64,000 nt of DNA from Schizochytrium sp. TIO01 (lineage: Eukaryota > Protista > Bigyra: Labyrinthulomycetes): assembly GCA_004764695.1 (NCBI GenBank), contig SMSO01000007.1, positions 1,185,270 through 1,249,269 on the forward strand, written 5' to 3'. A program made the position numbers and the translations under genes. The notes below the pieces were generated by a model that ran no database searches, was not told the origin of the DNA, and saw only the letters and a program-made list of their open reading frames with translations. Position 1 is the stretch's first letter. The number at the start of each line of letters is the position of its first letter. Of the stretch, positions 19,064 to 28,429 are shown piece after piece.

Positions 19064-19353
19064 TTTAACAAGGAAGCAAGACATAGCAAAAATAGCAATC
19101 TACTTTTATTCATAAACATAAGAAGAATGAATAAATTTAAATCTCTCTGCACTTCTTTCATCAACCAAGCAAATTTAATATTTAAAAAAACAGACACAAC
19201 AGCAGAATGACCAGCTTTGACTTGAGTGAACTAGCGCGAGAAGCAAGGAGGCGCTGCGAACTGCAAAACAGCGCCTTGATAACTTGGTTTTTACAGCGAG
19301 CAGCGCTGGAAACCGAATAAAAAAACAGAACCAACCTCGTAGAAGCTTACAAG

Positions 19354-19824
19354 TTGGCAATACATTATAATGGCAGGCTTTCCTTTTCGTTTCTCTGTAA
19401 GCTTAACGCAATCGTCCTCGGCCAGCCCCACAGCAGCAACAGCAGCAAATTGCGAAGTGCGTCCGCATTCTCATACAGGCGCCACCAAATTACCTGTGAT
19501 TTGGCAAGAATTCCACTTGTTCATCCAACCCCTGGGCTTCTTGATCGCGCACTGAGGAATCTCATTATAAAATACCAAACCACACCTTTCTCGATCACAG
19601 GAAAGCAAGGTGTAAAAGATGTAGAATCCGCCGCATTGCAAGATGCTTTGCACGTTGCGACAGAATTCATAGCAAAGTTCCTGTTTCTCAAACCCTCTGC
19701 ATTTGGAAATGGAAGGACCGCTCGTGTGCTCTTTCGGGGCTACTTAACTCCTTTGTCCCAGACCCAATCCCATTGCTTAGACCCTCCCAAGACGCATTTC
19801 TCTACACCGAAGCGACTAAAGTAA
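19354..19824 (+). pseudogene. degenerate Fic/Fido-domain fragment
   Basis: ATEFIAKFLFLKPSAFGNGRTARVLF aligns with the Fic motif hhhIHPFxDGNGRxxRhhh, but the catalytic His and the acidic residue are lost. The frame has no ATG start. Confidence 0.6.
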
Positions 19825-20168
19825 CAGCAGCAACAGCAGCGGATCCGTTGGCATTGTTCGAAACTTGCTGCTGTGGAGGCCGTTTATTTACGGGTGACAA
19901 CACCAAGATTGACACAATGTACTTTACTATCTCTGAGTCTATGAGTATCGGTGACTATCAGGGTGCAGGTGTAACAGATTCAAACTTTGCAGGCAACCTC
20001 TTTCAGGATTGCCCCGCCATGGCTGCGCTCATGATTCTTCTCGTGGTCATGATCTTCATGATCTTTGCTGTATTCATGTACGACCGGTTCTGCCGTGGTC
20101 GCTCAAGTAAGGAAAACGTGGGTGTAGCAGGTTACCGCGGAACTCGAGGTCAGCATTTCGACTTTTAA
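19773..20168 (+). CDS. fragment or last exon of a single-pass membrane protein
   Basis: Open frame with a hydrophobic segment MAALMILLVVMIFMIFAVFMY followed by basic DRFCRGR. No clear start. Confidence 0.3.
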   Translation: MLRPSQDAFLYTEATKVTAATAADPLALFETCCCGGRLFTGDNTKIDTMYFTISESMSIGDYQGAGVTDSNFAGNLFQDCPAMAALMILLVVMIFMIFAVFMYDRFCRGRSSKENVGVAGYRGTRGQHFDF

Positions 20169-20272
20169 TCTTGTATAACGCACACAGTAAGAATTCATCA
20201 GGGTTACTTAAGAGAGCGGCGGGGGTTCTGCAAAAGAGTGATGGACAAACAAACGCAAGCAAATCAGCAACG

Positions 20273-22441
20273 ATGAGCAGCAGCAGCAGCAGCAGAGATA
20301 CGCGCGGCCGCACAGCTAGGCAGGATGGGCCCAACCCTACAAGGTCTCGCACACCACACTTATCTATATCAATTGATGCTATAGTCACTATAATCCGAAG
20401 ACTTGCAGAGGGCAATCCTGTGACAAACGATGAGGCGAGGCAGGTGGGTAGCCTTCTTTCGATGAGACGCCCTAGACGGAACCAGGTACTTGCTCAGCTG
20501 GGAGATCACGAAATTATTAATAATGCTATCGCAAACCTGGATATAATGTTAACTCATGATGGAGAAAATGAATCGTTCCAATCTGCAGTAATATCACTTG
20601 AGACACTACAAGAGGCTGCGGAAGGAGCTAGAGAGAGGGCTCGTGCAGACACTGAAAGGGCTCGTGCGGATGCGGCTGAGTCTAGAGCATTTCCACGTGC
20701 AGAAGTTGCCCTCGCAAGAGCTCTTACCAAAAACTATTTACGGAATGTATATCCCACGGGGTCAAGAGTAGGTAGATCTGTGGGGAACATCAGGCCATCT
20801 CAAGTTCTTAGATGGAGAAACTTCAATAATGAAGTCCGTGTTGCAGAAAAGATTCAAGAGCTTGCTGCAAGAAACATCACTATTTTATCGACCCAATGTG
20901 GCTTACCACTACAAGATTTAGAGTTAGGTCTCATCGAGGAACACGTAAGTCGTCATTTTTCGCTTGCTATCGAAACCGCTATGACGATCATACGGTTGAC
21001 AAACCGAAATCTGGATGTTGACAATTTGTCATGGTATATGCAATTTGGTACTGCTATCGGTACATCGGTTGATAATGCTTGTCTTTTCAACAATATCAAT
21101 AATACCAACCAATGTTGCTTTTGTCCAGTTGAAGTCAAGGCCCCTTTGAGAATTCTCTCAAACAATCGAGAGTCTAATGGAAATGGTACTCAAGCTCCTT
21201 TCAGCCCGCCTGATTTCTTTCAGTCGTATTACGGTATAGGTAATGCTCCTTTACAAGTCATTAACGGAGATCAGGCCCCAGTATCACAGATAAGAACGGA
21301 TCTACTACTACAACCTGTTGTGGAGCGCTCCGTTGACATACAACTACCGGCAGGAGATAGTGGATTGATCAATTCTGTAGCTCAGCTCGTCGGATACATG
21401 ATTGCCACGAATACCGAATTTGGCATTTTGACCACCTTTGAATTTACTTATTTCTGCAAACTCGATGAAAATGCTAAGCTCTATGTAAGCGATGCATTTC
21501 AAGCACACACAAATGGACCAATGTCAACAATGTCTGTTCTCTACGCTTTTCTTCTTGAAGCTCTTGGTTCCTATATTAGGAGAGGGACCACAAGGATACC
21601 CCTCTGTATAAGATCAAGAACTTACTTGTTCATTAGAGACACATGGTGCAATGAAGGAGGTGCATGTAACCAAGCAGCTCGAGAAACAATTTTGTCTGCA
21701 ATATTTGAAGCCAGCGATGTCTCAAATGGAGACTCCGAAGTGAACCAAGCTCGGAACAATCTATCTCGCCAGCTTCCTCTCTCGGTGCAGGACATGATGC
21801 TTCCCTTCCCGTGGGATCCATCTTGGACCCTTATATCCTCGTCAGAGATTGCAATTACATCAAGTGTAAAGTGGGAGGATGGTTTGGACCTTTTTGTTAA
21901 GTTCAGGAGGTCCACTATTCGCAAGCAATATCGCGAGTTCGCGGAAGAATCATTTTCTACTGAGATTAGTATGTACACTGGACCTTTGCGAGAACTTCAA
22001 GGTATCCACGTACCCTTTATGATTTTTGGGGGTGAGTTCACCCTCTCTCGGGTCATGATTGCAACTGCCAAGTGTGGTTCAAGTCTAGATAAACTTGATA
22101 GTAGAACACTGAGTCTTCCTGGACTGCTGGCTGCTTGTGTCAAGAGCCTAAAGGCTGTACATAAGTTGGGTGTTTTGCATGGTGATATTCGTCTTGCAAA
22201 CTTTGCTCTCCTTGAAAATCAAACAAATGATTTCGAGTCCGTCAAGGTTTTTCTGATCGATTTTGGTTCTGCTTCATTCGCACCCATTCCATATAAAGAG
22301 GCAAAAGAACGCCAAATTAGTGGAGGTGCGACGGGTGCAGTCAAGCGACAAGATAATATGTATATCGTTTCACAATACAACACTGCTGACCCTTATGCAG
22401 TAGAGATGGCTGAACTTCATTCTCTATTTCAAAACGATTAA
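20273..22441 (+). CDS. Crinkler-like effector: helical/coiled-coil N-terminus + PD-(D/E)xK restriction-endonuclease-like domain + C-terminal protein kinase-like domain
   Basis: 756-codon open frame, first ATG at 20273. REase-like motifs VDNACLF...CPVEVKAP...VAQLVGYMIATNTEFGILTTFEFTYF. Kinase motifs LFVK, VHKLGVLHGDIRLANF and LIDFG. Confidence 0.8.
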   Translation: MSSSSSSRDTRGRTARQDGPNPTRSRTPHLSISIDAIVTIIRRLAEGNPVTNDEARQVGSLLSMRRPRRNQVLAQLGDHEIINNAIANLDIMLTHDGENESFQSAVISLETLQEAAEGARERARADTERARADAAESRAFPRAEVALARALTKNYLRNVYPTGSRVGRSVGNIRPSQVLRWRNFNNEVRVAEKIQELAARNITILSTQCGLPLQDLELGLIEEHVSRHFSLAIETAMTIIRLTNRNLDVDNLSWYMQFGTAIGTSVDNACLFNNINNTNQCCFCPVEVKAPLRILSNNRESNGNGTQAPFSPPDFFQSYYGIGNAPLQVINGDQAPVSQIRTDLLLQPVVERSVDIQLPAGDSGLINSVAQLVGYMIATNTEFGILTTFEFTYFCKLDENAKLYVSDAFQAHTNGPMSTMSVLYAFLLEALGSYIRRGTTRIPLCIRSRTYLFIRDTWCNEGGACNQAARETILSAIFEASDVSNGDSEVNQARNNLSRQLPLSVQDMMLPFPWDPSWTLISSSEIAITSSVKWEDGLDLFVKFRRSTIRKQYREFAEESFSTEISMYTGPLRELQGIHVPFMIFGGEFTLSRVMIATAKCGSSLDKLDSRTLSLPGLLAACVKSLKAVHKLGVLHGDIRLANFALLENQTNDFESVKVFLIDFGSASFAPIPYKEAKERQISGGATGAVKRQDNMYIVSQYNTADPYAVEMAELHSLFQND

Positions 22442-22979
22442 GTTTTCTCTTAAGTTTTACGAAGATAATACCAAAAAGACAATAACCTAGTTCATCAGTG
22501 AACTTTTCACCATATTGACCCTCCAAGTCAGCGTTCTTATAATCAATGATTAGGTAACTCGGTAACTTGATATAATCCATTTCTCCATAATCGTTTTCTA
22601 CTTGGCGCTTATGCAAAGTTGCAGAAACCTCCCGGACTTTGGGATTAACCATGATGTCGTACGGTGAGGTACTTGCTTCATCAAGTGCATGGTGATGCTT
22701 GAACACAATAAGATCATAAGGCACACCAAAGTATTTAAGGTGAATGCACCTAGAGCCTGTGTTTTCCAGAAAGGTCTCAACGCTTAAAATTGCAGCAACT
22801 AAATTGAGCGTTTGCATCTTCTGATTCGTTGCACTATGTTTAATGGGAAACTGTTGTGTACCCTCAAGGAGTGTGGCGACTAGTTCGGTTGTCAAGTGGA
22901 AGGGAATGTAAGTTGGTTCAGAAAGGGTAATAGCCTTCCCCATAGAATCAACTGTACTCGCAACGTAGTTCACATTCAT
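22341..22979 (-). CDS. peptide-deformylase-fold protein lacking catalytic motifs
   Basis: CIHLKYFGVPYDLIVF...IMVNPKVREVS...YIKLPSYLIIDYKNADLEGQYGEKFTDELGYCLFGII follows PDF spacing (GLAAPQIG..RIIV / INPxI / R...V.V.Y.D..G......ADG..A.C.QHE) but has no GxGxAAxQ, EGCLS or HExxH. Its 3' end overlaps the kinase gene by ~100 nt. Confidence 0.55.
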   Translation of the reverse strand: MNVNYVASTVDSMGKAITLSEPTYIPFHLTTELVATLLEGTQQFPIKHSATNQKMQTLNLVAAILSVETFLENTGSRCIHLKYFGVPYDLIVFKHHHALDEASTSPYDIMVNPKVREVSATLHKRQVENDYGEMDYIKLPSYLIIDYKNADLEGQYGEKFTDELGYCLFGIIFVKLKRKLNRFEIENEVQPSLLHKGQQCCIVKRYTYYLVA

Positions 22980-23237
22980 AGAGGCCAACTTGATCGATAA
23001 GCTCAGTAGGACAGATCTTAAAAATATAGAAAACCTCTTAATATTCCGGTAGTGCGATAGAGAACCTTGCGTAACTTTTCTACTCCACGATCAAACTTGA
23101 GGTTACCAAACTCCAGATCCATTCGACTGTCGAAACCCATACTTCTACAACAGTATGAGATATAGTTCATCTAACATCTGTCGATCGGACATCGAGGTGC
23201 TCACAGTTTGCAGGTTGAGGAAAAGCCTAACATGCCT

Positions 23238-23940
23238 ATAGGTACATTAGTTGACATTGCGTGTCTTTTCGACAGAATCCACAAATGTTCCATTTGCCCT
23301 GTTGTAGTCAAAACTCCTCTGAAAAACCTTTCAAACAGTAGGTGACGTATAGAAAGTGATACTCAATCTCTTTTTAGACCACCTAATCTCTTTCAGTCGT
23401 ACCATGGTATAGATAATACTCCTTTTGGAGTCATTATGGAAGACGAGGACCCATCATCACGGTCAAGTAACGATGTGCTGTCAAGAGATGTTGTCGAGGC
23501 GTCTGTGGACATACAGCTCCAAGCAGAGGATCGTAACATGCTCAATTATGTATCTAAGCTGGTCGGATATGTGATTGGCACAAACAACAAATTCGGTATT
23601 TCGACTACCTTTGAGTTCACTTATTTCTGCAAACTCGATGAAAATACAAAGCTCTATGTAAGTGCTGCATTTCAAGCAAACACACGCGGGCCTATGTCAA
23701 CAATGTCTGCTCTCTACACTTTTCCTATAAACACTCGTCCTTCCTGTGTTAGAAGAGAAGCAACAAGGATAAGATCAAAGACTTGCTTGCAATAGAGGCG
23801 TATGGTACAGTTAAGCAAGTGGAGCTAGAATATCAGCCCAAGATACAATTATGTCGGCCATCTTTGAAGCCAAGAAGTCCGCTCTGAATCAAGGTTGGGA
23901 GCATCTAATTAGCCAGCTTCCTCTCACAGTGCAGAGCATG
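23238..23940 (+). pseudogene. decayed partial duplicate of the REase domain of the 20273-22441 gene
   Basis: Colinear with ~21055-21800. For example, TTFEFTYFCKLDENTKLYVSAAFQANTRGPMSTMS vs TTFEFTYFCKLDENAKLYVSDAFQAHTNGPMSTMS, and CAGCTTCCTCTCACAGTGCAG vs CAGCTTCCTCTCTCGGTGCAG. Contains stops/indels and lacks the N-terminus and kinase domain. Confidence 0.85.
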
Positions 23941-23995
23941 GTGTGATTTTCACTTGTGCGAAGGCTAGTAAAGAAAAGAAGAGAAGGTATTCATT

Positions 23996-26900
23996 TCAGA
24001 TTAATTGACTCACATTACGCACAACGCTGATGATATGCAAGGTAGTATTTTCATCAATAATTGCTACAGTATCAATTTCTTGTCGCATATTGTAAATGCG
24101 CTCAACAGGGCTAGGCAGTGTCAGGATGGCCCCTGTTTCCAAGTGCAACAGTTGGCAGCCATTTGCAATGACAGACCAAACATCTTCGGCGCCATTGTCA
24201 TCTCTAGTAAGAATTCCGTGGAGTTCTGCACGCTCCAAAGCCTTGTCAGTATCGCATACAAGTTCAGATGTGTCTCTATTCCAAATACGGCACTCATTTC
24301 TCTCAGAAACTGTAAAGAGCTCACCATTGACGATACTGACACTTGTGACCATGCTCTCATGACCTTCAAGGACAGCGACACAGGCCCCAGTAGAGCGAAG
24401 CCACACACGTGCTGTTTTGTCTTTACTGCCAGTTAGAATGATTTCGTCATCCATCGCAATGCAGCGCACGAGTCCACGGTGCCCTGTAAGAACAATATCT
24501 TTTTTAAGAGACTGGCGATCATATAGCTGGACTGTTCCATCAGATAAAGCAGCAGCAATACTGAGATTATCAATTGCTACATCCCACACCCCGCTTGCTT
24601 GCAGGGAATAGAGAGGCTTGCCGGTTTCAGCATCCCAAAGCTTGATAAATCCATCTGATGCAGTCACCAGTGTTCCATCAATCATTTTCAAAACGGACGG
24701 CCATGAACACTGTTGACCCCATGGCCTGTGAACTTCATATAAAGGTAAATCAGTTGATTCAGCCCGCGTCGGCAGAAGCATCGTGTTTCCGTCGCATATT
24801 AGCACTTTAATGCGGCCAGTTTTAGCGCCATCACAAGCATTGTATTGATATATCAGCGCACCCGTTTTCAATGACCAGACAAAAATCTCGTCATTAGTAT
24901 CGGCAGAATAGACAAGTTCATCAACAACGTCAACACTTGTCACTTCTCCTGTATGACCAAGCAAATGAAAGATCACTTCTTCGGTTTCCAGATTCCAGAC
25001 GCGTACAGTCTTGTCCTTTGAACAACTTATCAAAAACGGTTGCTCGCGGATATGACCCCTTGTGGATGTAGACGCCGATGAAGTAGAAGAGCAGTCTGCA
25101 TCGCCAATTTCGTCAACATGAATATAAATGCACAGACCGAGCACTGCGTCAGTGTGGCCCTCAAGGGTGCTGTTGGGCGCTGCTTCTGCACCCTCTTCAA
25201 TATCTAAGCGGTTGTATATGTGAACAAGCCCACTCTCTGTTCCAGTAACAATCCATTTCATGTTCATATCCAGAGCAAGAATAGGGCTTTGCTCGGGGTC
25301 TTGGACTTCCCTGGTATTCGAATAGGTCTCACGAGACCACATTAGTAATCGGCCTTCCTTTGATGAGCTGCAGATGTGAGTATTATCCATCATGACGCTA
25401 GTAATTTCACTTGCGAACCCATACAAGGTTTGCACGCATTGGCCAAGCGCCAATGACCATATCTTAATGGAACGATCCACGGAGGCGCTCACTAGGTATT
25501 CATCATCCAAAGCTAAGGAGGTTACGCGAGCATCATGTCCTTTAAAAATGCGAACGGTTTCGGACGTAGCAAGGCTATATACGCGAAGCGATCCTCCACG
25601 AAGATAAGCTGCGACGAGATCGCCACATACGGCCACCGCATCAAGTCTAAATGGATGATCACCTACGGAAAAGCGCCGTTTCCAGTCCTTTTGCGTGCGC
25701 TTTTTTGGTTTATGATTCAAGCGTTGGATGATGTTGAGATTGGTTGATGTGCCTGACCTATTCAACACATCAATTTTGTTAGACACTAACTGAGAGTTCC
25801 AGCCTGCTCCAAACTTTTTGAGGCGCATGTCTGCTTGCAATGGACTCTCTGACCCAAATGAAGGCATTAAGGGACATAAAAATATTGATGGAACAAACTC
25901 CGCAACCGACTCGCGCAATGCGTGGTCTGAAGGTAATCGGCCTAAAAGTTGTGGCACAAGTTCTCGGGGGCGCTCCTCAAGAATATCCATACACTCATGA
26001 AGAGCGCGCAGAATCTCCCCAGCTTCCCGAATTTTTACAGAACTTATTACTCTGTTGTTGAGGGCCCCGGCTCCGTCTTCATCGAAGTTTTCGCTCTGAG
26101 AACCAATGCTTGATCGACTATGAAGTGAAGAAGACACAAGAGCATTGTCTTTTGATGACAAGTTTATTGATACGGTACACAGCTCCGGTGTCGGCACATC
26201 AAAAAAGCAGGACAAACAATCAGCAATAAACGCTTTCGGGGACACTTCAAGTCTTTCAAAGATGTAGCGAAGCGCTTCAACATCACAAATAATTTTTGCT
26301 GCGTCAAGACGACGGTTGGCACGGCAAAGGTGGAAAACGACGTGACGAGCTGCACAGCGGTCAGTTACATAGTTTGCACTAAACATGCTTGCGAGAAGAG
26401 AGTGGCCGGCTTGCGGTGATATGCGAAGATCTTCCGGGGCATCACTAGACTCGAGGAAACTCGCAATAGATCCATGGACAAAACGAACTCGGTCATCTAC
26501 AGTCGAGATATCAAAGAGAGGATCCAAATCCGAAAGCACAAGGGTGTTCATAGTTTCAGCCGCAATACTGACCGGGATAGGCTCGCGGGCAACGCAGACA
26601 GCATCTAGCATCGACTTACGTTGGTCAGCATCGTCACCTTTACCAATAAATCTTCTCAAGAGTGCCGTGAGGTAGTCCTGAAATTTGAAAGGCACTTGTT
26701 TCATCCCGCGGACAGAGGATTCTGCCAGGAGGAAGCGTGCCCGAAGGAATAGACCCTGTGAAGCAGACTGTGCTACTGTGATGGCTTGCCGAGGAAGTTG
26801 TGTCAGATAGGTACGGATATAAAGCTCAATGTCTGCCCGATTTTTTTTGCATTCAATCGGAATCGAAAGTGTTTCAAACGGAGCGGGTAATGCGTTTGAA

Positions 26901-28429
26901 CTTGAGGATACTGAAACAACCGTTCCAAGCCAAGGTGGGATAAAGGCATCCCATTTAGAATAAAGAAGGTCATGCATGGAGCGAGCATCATGTCCCTGGA
27001 GTTCGCCGATTCCATCAATAACAATAATGGGCTTCCCAGCTGGCTTGAATTTCAAACGATGGAGGGGTGTAGCAATAAAAGTCTTAAAGAGACGTTTGCG
27101 GCTTACAGGAGCTCTCTTTGTGGAGAACAAAGTATGTTGGGACACAGATGAGCTCGATGAAGATGCTGTGTCAGTTACCTCACACAATGATTCGTAAAAG
27201 CCAGGAATAGTATCACAAAATTGAGCGACTAACGTCTGCACAAGGCCTTCGATCGTGCAGCCCTCTTTATCTTCACGGCGAAAGAAGCAAGCACCCACAA
27301 CTATTGGCACAGATTCATTGGCGAGAGACCCTGCACTCGCCAAGGTTGCATCGCTTCGACGTGAGGTGCGTAGTGAGAAGCGCTGCCGAAGAGATCGTTT
27401 TCCAGATGATCTTTGATCCATGTTTGCCATGATGCTTGTGCTGGATAATTCATCGATGGAGCGACCACGGTTATTTCCTATGTTTGCCAATGAGTCATCC
27501 ATGCCATATAAGTCTGCCGGTATTGAAGGTTCGCCACCATCATCTACGTCAGCATATCCTCTGGAGTCTCCGAAGCTGACATCCGTGCTTTGGGAAGCCT
27601 CACGTAGGCTTGTTGAGTTTTCAAATCTCAAGTTCTGTTCTTTATTAAGTGCAAGTTCACGAAAAGCTGCGGCTGCGTTGTGGATTTGGCCCCGAAGGCA
27701 AAACTCAGCTAGAAACACTGATTTACCTGCGCCTGAAGGAGCTTCCAAGGCAATGCGCTGGGCACGAGGAGAATCAGATTTTGTCGGTGTGCTGAGTCTT
27801 TCCAAGAGTGCGACGTGGAGCCAGCCTCGTGTACCTGGCAGCACTTCATTAGCGAGGCGCCGAATGGTTGATAATGTCTTCGCGGAGACGTCCCTCGCAG
27901 CTTGTGCGCCTGCCGGAAGAGTTCTTAGGACTCCATTTTCAACTGACTTTTTCATAATCTCAAACAGTGAGTTTGCAGCCTCTGCAACTTTTTCATTGCT
28001 GGTCAGATCGACGATGGGTCTTGCGCCGAGGAACAAGCGCATCTTCTTGGTCCAATTGTTTCGCTCTAGCAGCGCAGGCTCTACCACGACAGGTATTGTT
28101 CGCAAAACGCCCTTAAGCATGCTTGCTAGCGTGAAATCAAGCATCTCATCTGCGCCTTTAGAATTAAGCACGCCTTTCGAGTGCCCTTGGACATAGGTCA
28201 TGTACGTTTTAGTGAGCATTGGGATGAAAAAGTCTGCTGCTTCCATCGACCTCCGTGGCTCGTCCTCATCCTCTCCCATACCATCCAAAACCTCACACGC
28301 AAACTTATCTTGCAAAAGAGCTACAAATGCTTCTGTGCGCTGCAGATACGCTAGATCTTGCGCCGGCGATTCTGCAGGTCGCGTTCTCGACACAAAGACG
28401 CTCACCAGCGGGCATTCGTCCCGGGCCAT
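23996..28429 (-). CDS. NLR-like STAND protein: TIR-like N-terminal domain + NACHT NTPase + WD40 repeats (1477 aa, intronless)
   Basis: TIR-like: VFVS...SMEAADFFIPMLTKTY...IPVVVE...IVDL. NACHT: GTRGWL, Walker A APSGAGKS, FFRRED, Walker B IIVIDGIGE, GLFLRA. Multiple WD40 units, e.g. GHDARVTSL...LVSASVDRSIKIWS and GHRGLVRCI...ILTGSKDKTARVW. Confidence 0.9.
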   Translation of the reverse strand: MARDECPLVSVFVSRTRPAESPAQDLAYLQRTEAFVALLQDKFACEVLDGMGEDEDEPRRSMEAADFFIPMLTKTYMTYVQGHSKGVLNSKGADEMLDFTLASMLKGVLRTIPVVVEPALLERNNWTKKMRLFLGARPIVDLTSNEKVAEAANSLFEIMKKSVENGVLRTLPAGAQAARDVSAKTLSTIRRLANEVLPGTRGWLHVALLERLSTPTKSDSPRAQRIALEAPSGAGKSVFLAEFCLRGQIHNAAAAFRELALNKEQNLRFENSTSLREASQSTDVSFGDSRGYADVDDGGEPSIPADLYGMDDSLANIGNNRGRSIDELSSTSIMANMDQRSSGKRSLRQRFSLRTSRRSDATLASAGSLANESVPIVVGACFFRREDKEGCTIEGLVQTLVAQFCDTIPGFYESLCEVTDTASSSSSSVSQHTLFSTKRAPVSRKRLFKTFIATPLHRLKFKPAGKPIIVIDGIGELQGHDARSMHDLLYSKWDAFIPPWLGTVVSVSSSSNALPAPFETLSIPIECKKNRADIELYIRTYLTQLPRQAITVAQSASQGLFLRARFLLAESSVRGMKQVPFKFQDYLTALLRRFIGKGDDADQRKSMLDAVCVAREPIPVSIAAETMNTLVLSDLDPLFDISTVDDRVRFVHGSIASFLESSDAPEDLRISPQAGHSLLASMFSANYVTDRCAARHVVFHLCRANRRLDAAKIICDVEALRYIFERLEVSPKAFIADCLSCFFDVPTPELCTVSINLSSKDNALVSSSLHSRSSIGSQSENFDEDGAGALNNRVISSVKIREAGEILRALHECMDILEERPRELVPQLLGRLPSDHALRESVAEFVPSIFLCPLMPSFGSESPLQADMRLKKFGAGWNSQLVSNKIDVLNRSGTSTNLNIIQRLNHKPKKRTQKDWKRRFSVGDHPFRLDAVAVCGDLVAAYLRGGSLRVYSLATSETVRIFKGHDARVTSLALDDEYLVSASVDRSIKIWSLALGQCVQTLYGFASEITSVMMDNTHICSSSKEGRLLMWSRETYSNTREVQDPEQSPILALDMNMKWIVTGTESGLVHIYNRLDIEEGAEAAPNSTLEGHTDAVLGLCIYIHVDEIGDADCSSTSSASTSTRGHIREQPFLISCSKDKTVRVWNLETEEVIFHLLGHTGEVTSVDVVDELVYSADTNDEIFVWSLKTGALIYQYNACDGAKTGRIKVLICDGNTMLLPTRAESTDLPLYEVHRPWGQQCSWPSVLKMIDGTLVTASDGFIKLWDAETGKPLYSLQASGVWDVAIDNLSIAAALSDGTVQLYDRQSLKKDIVLTGHRGLVRCIAMDDEIILTGSKDKTARVWLRSTGACVAVLEGHESMVTSVSIVNGELFTVSERNECRIWNRDTSELVCDTDKALERAELHGILTRDDNGAEDVWSVIANGCQLLHLETGAILTLPSPVERIYNMRQEIDTVAIIDENTTLHIISVVRNVSQLI

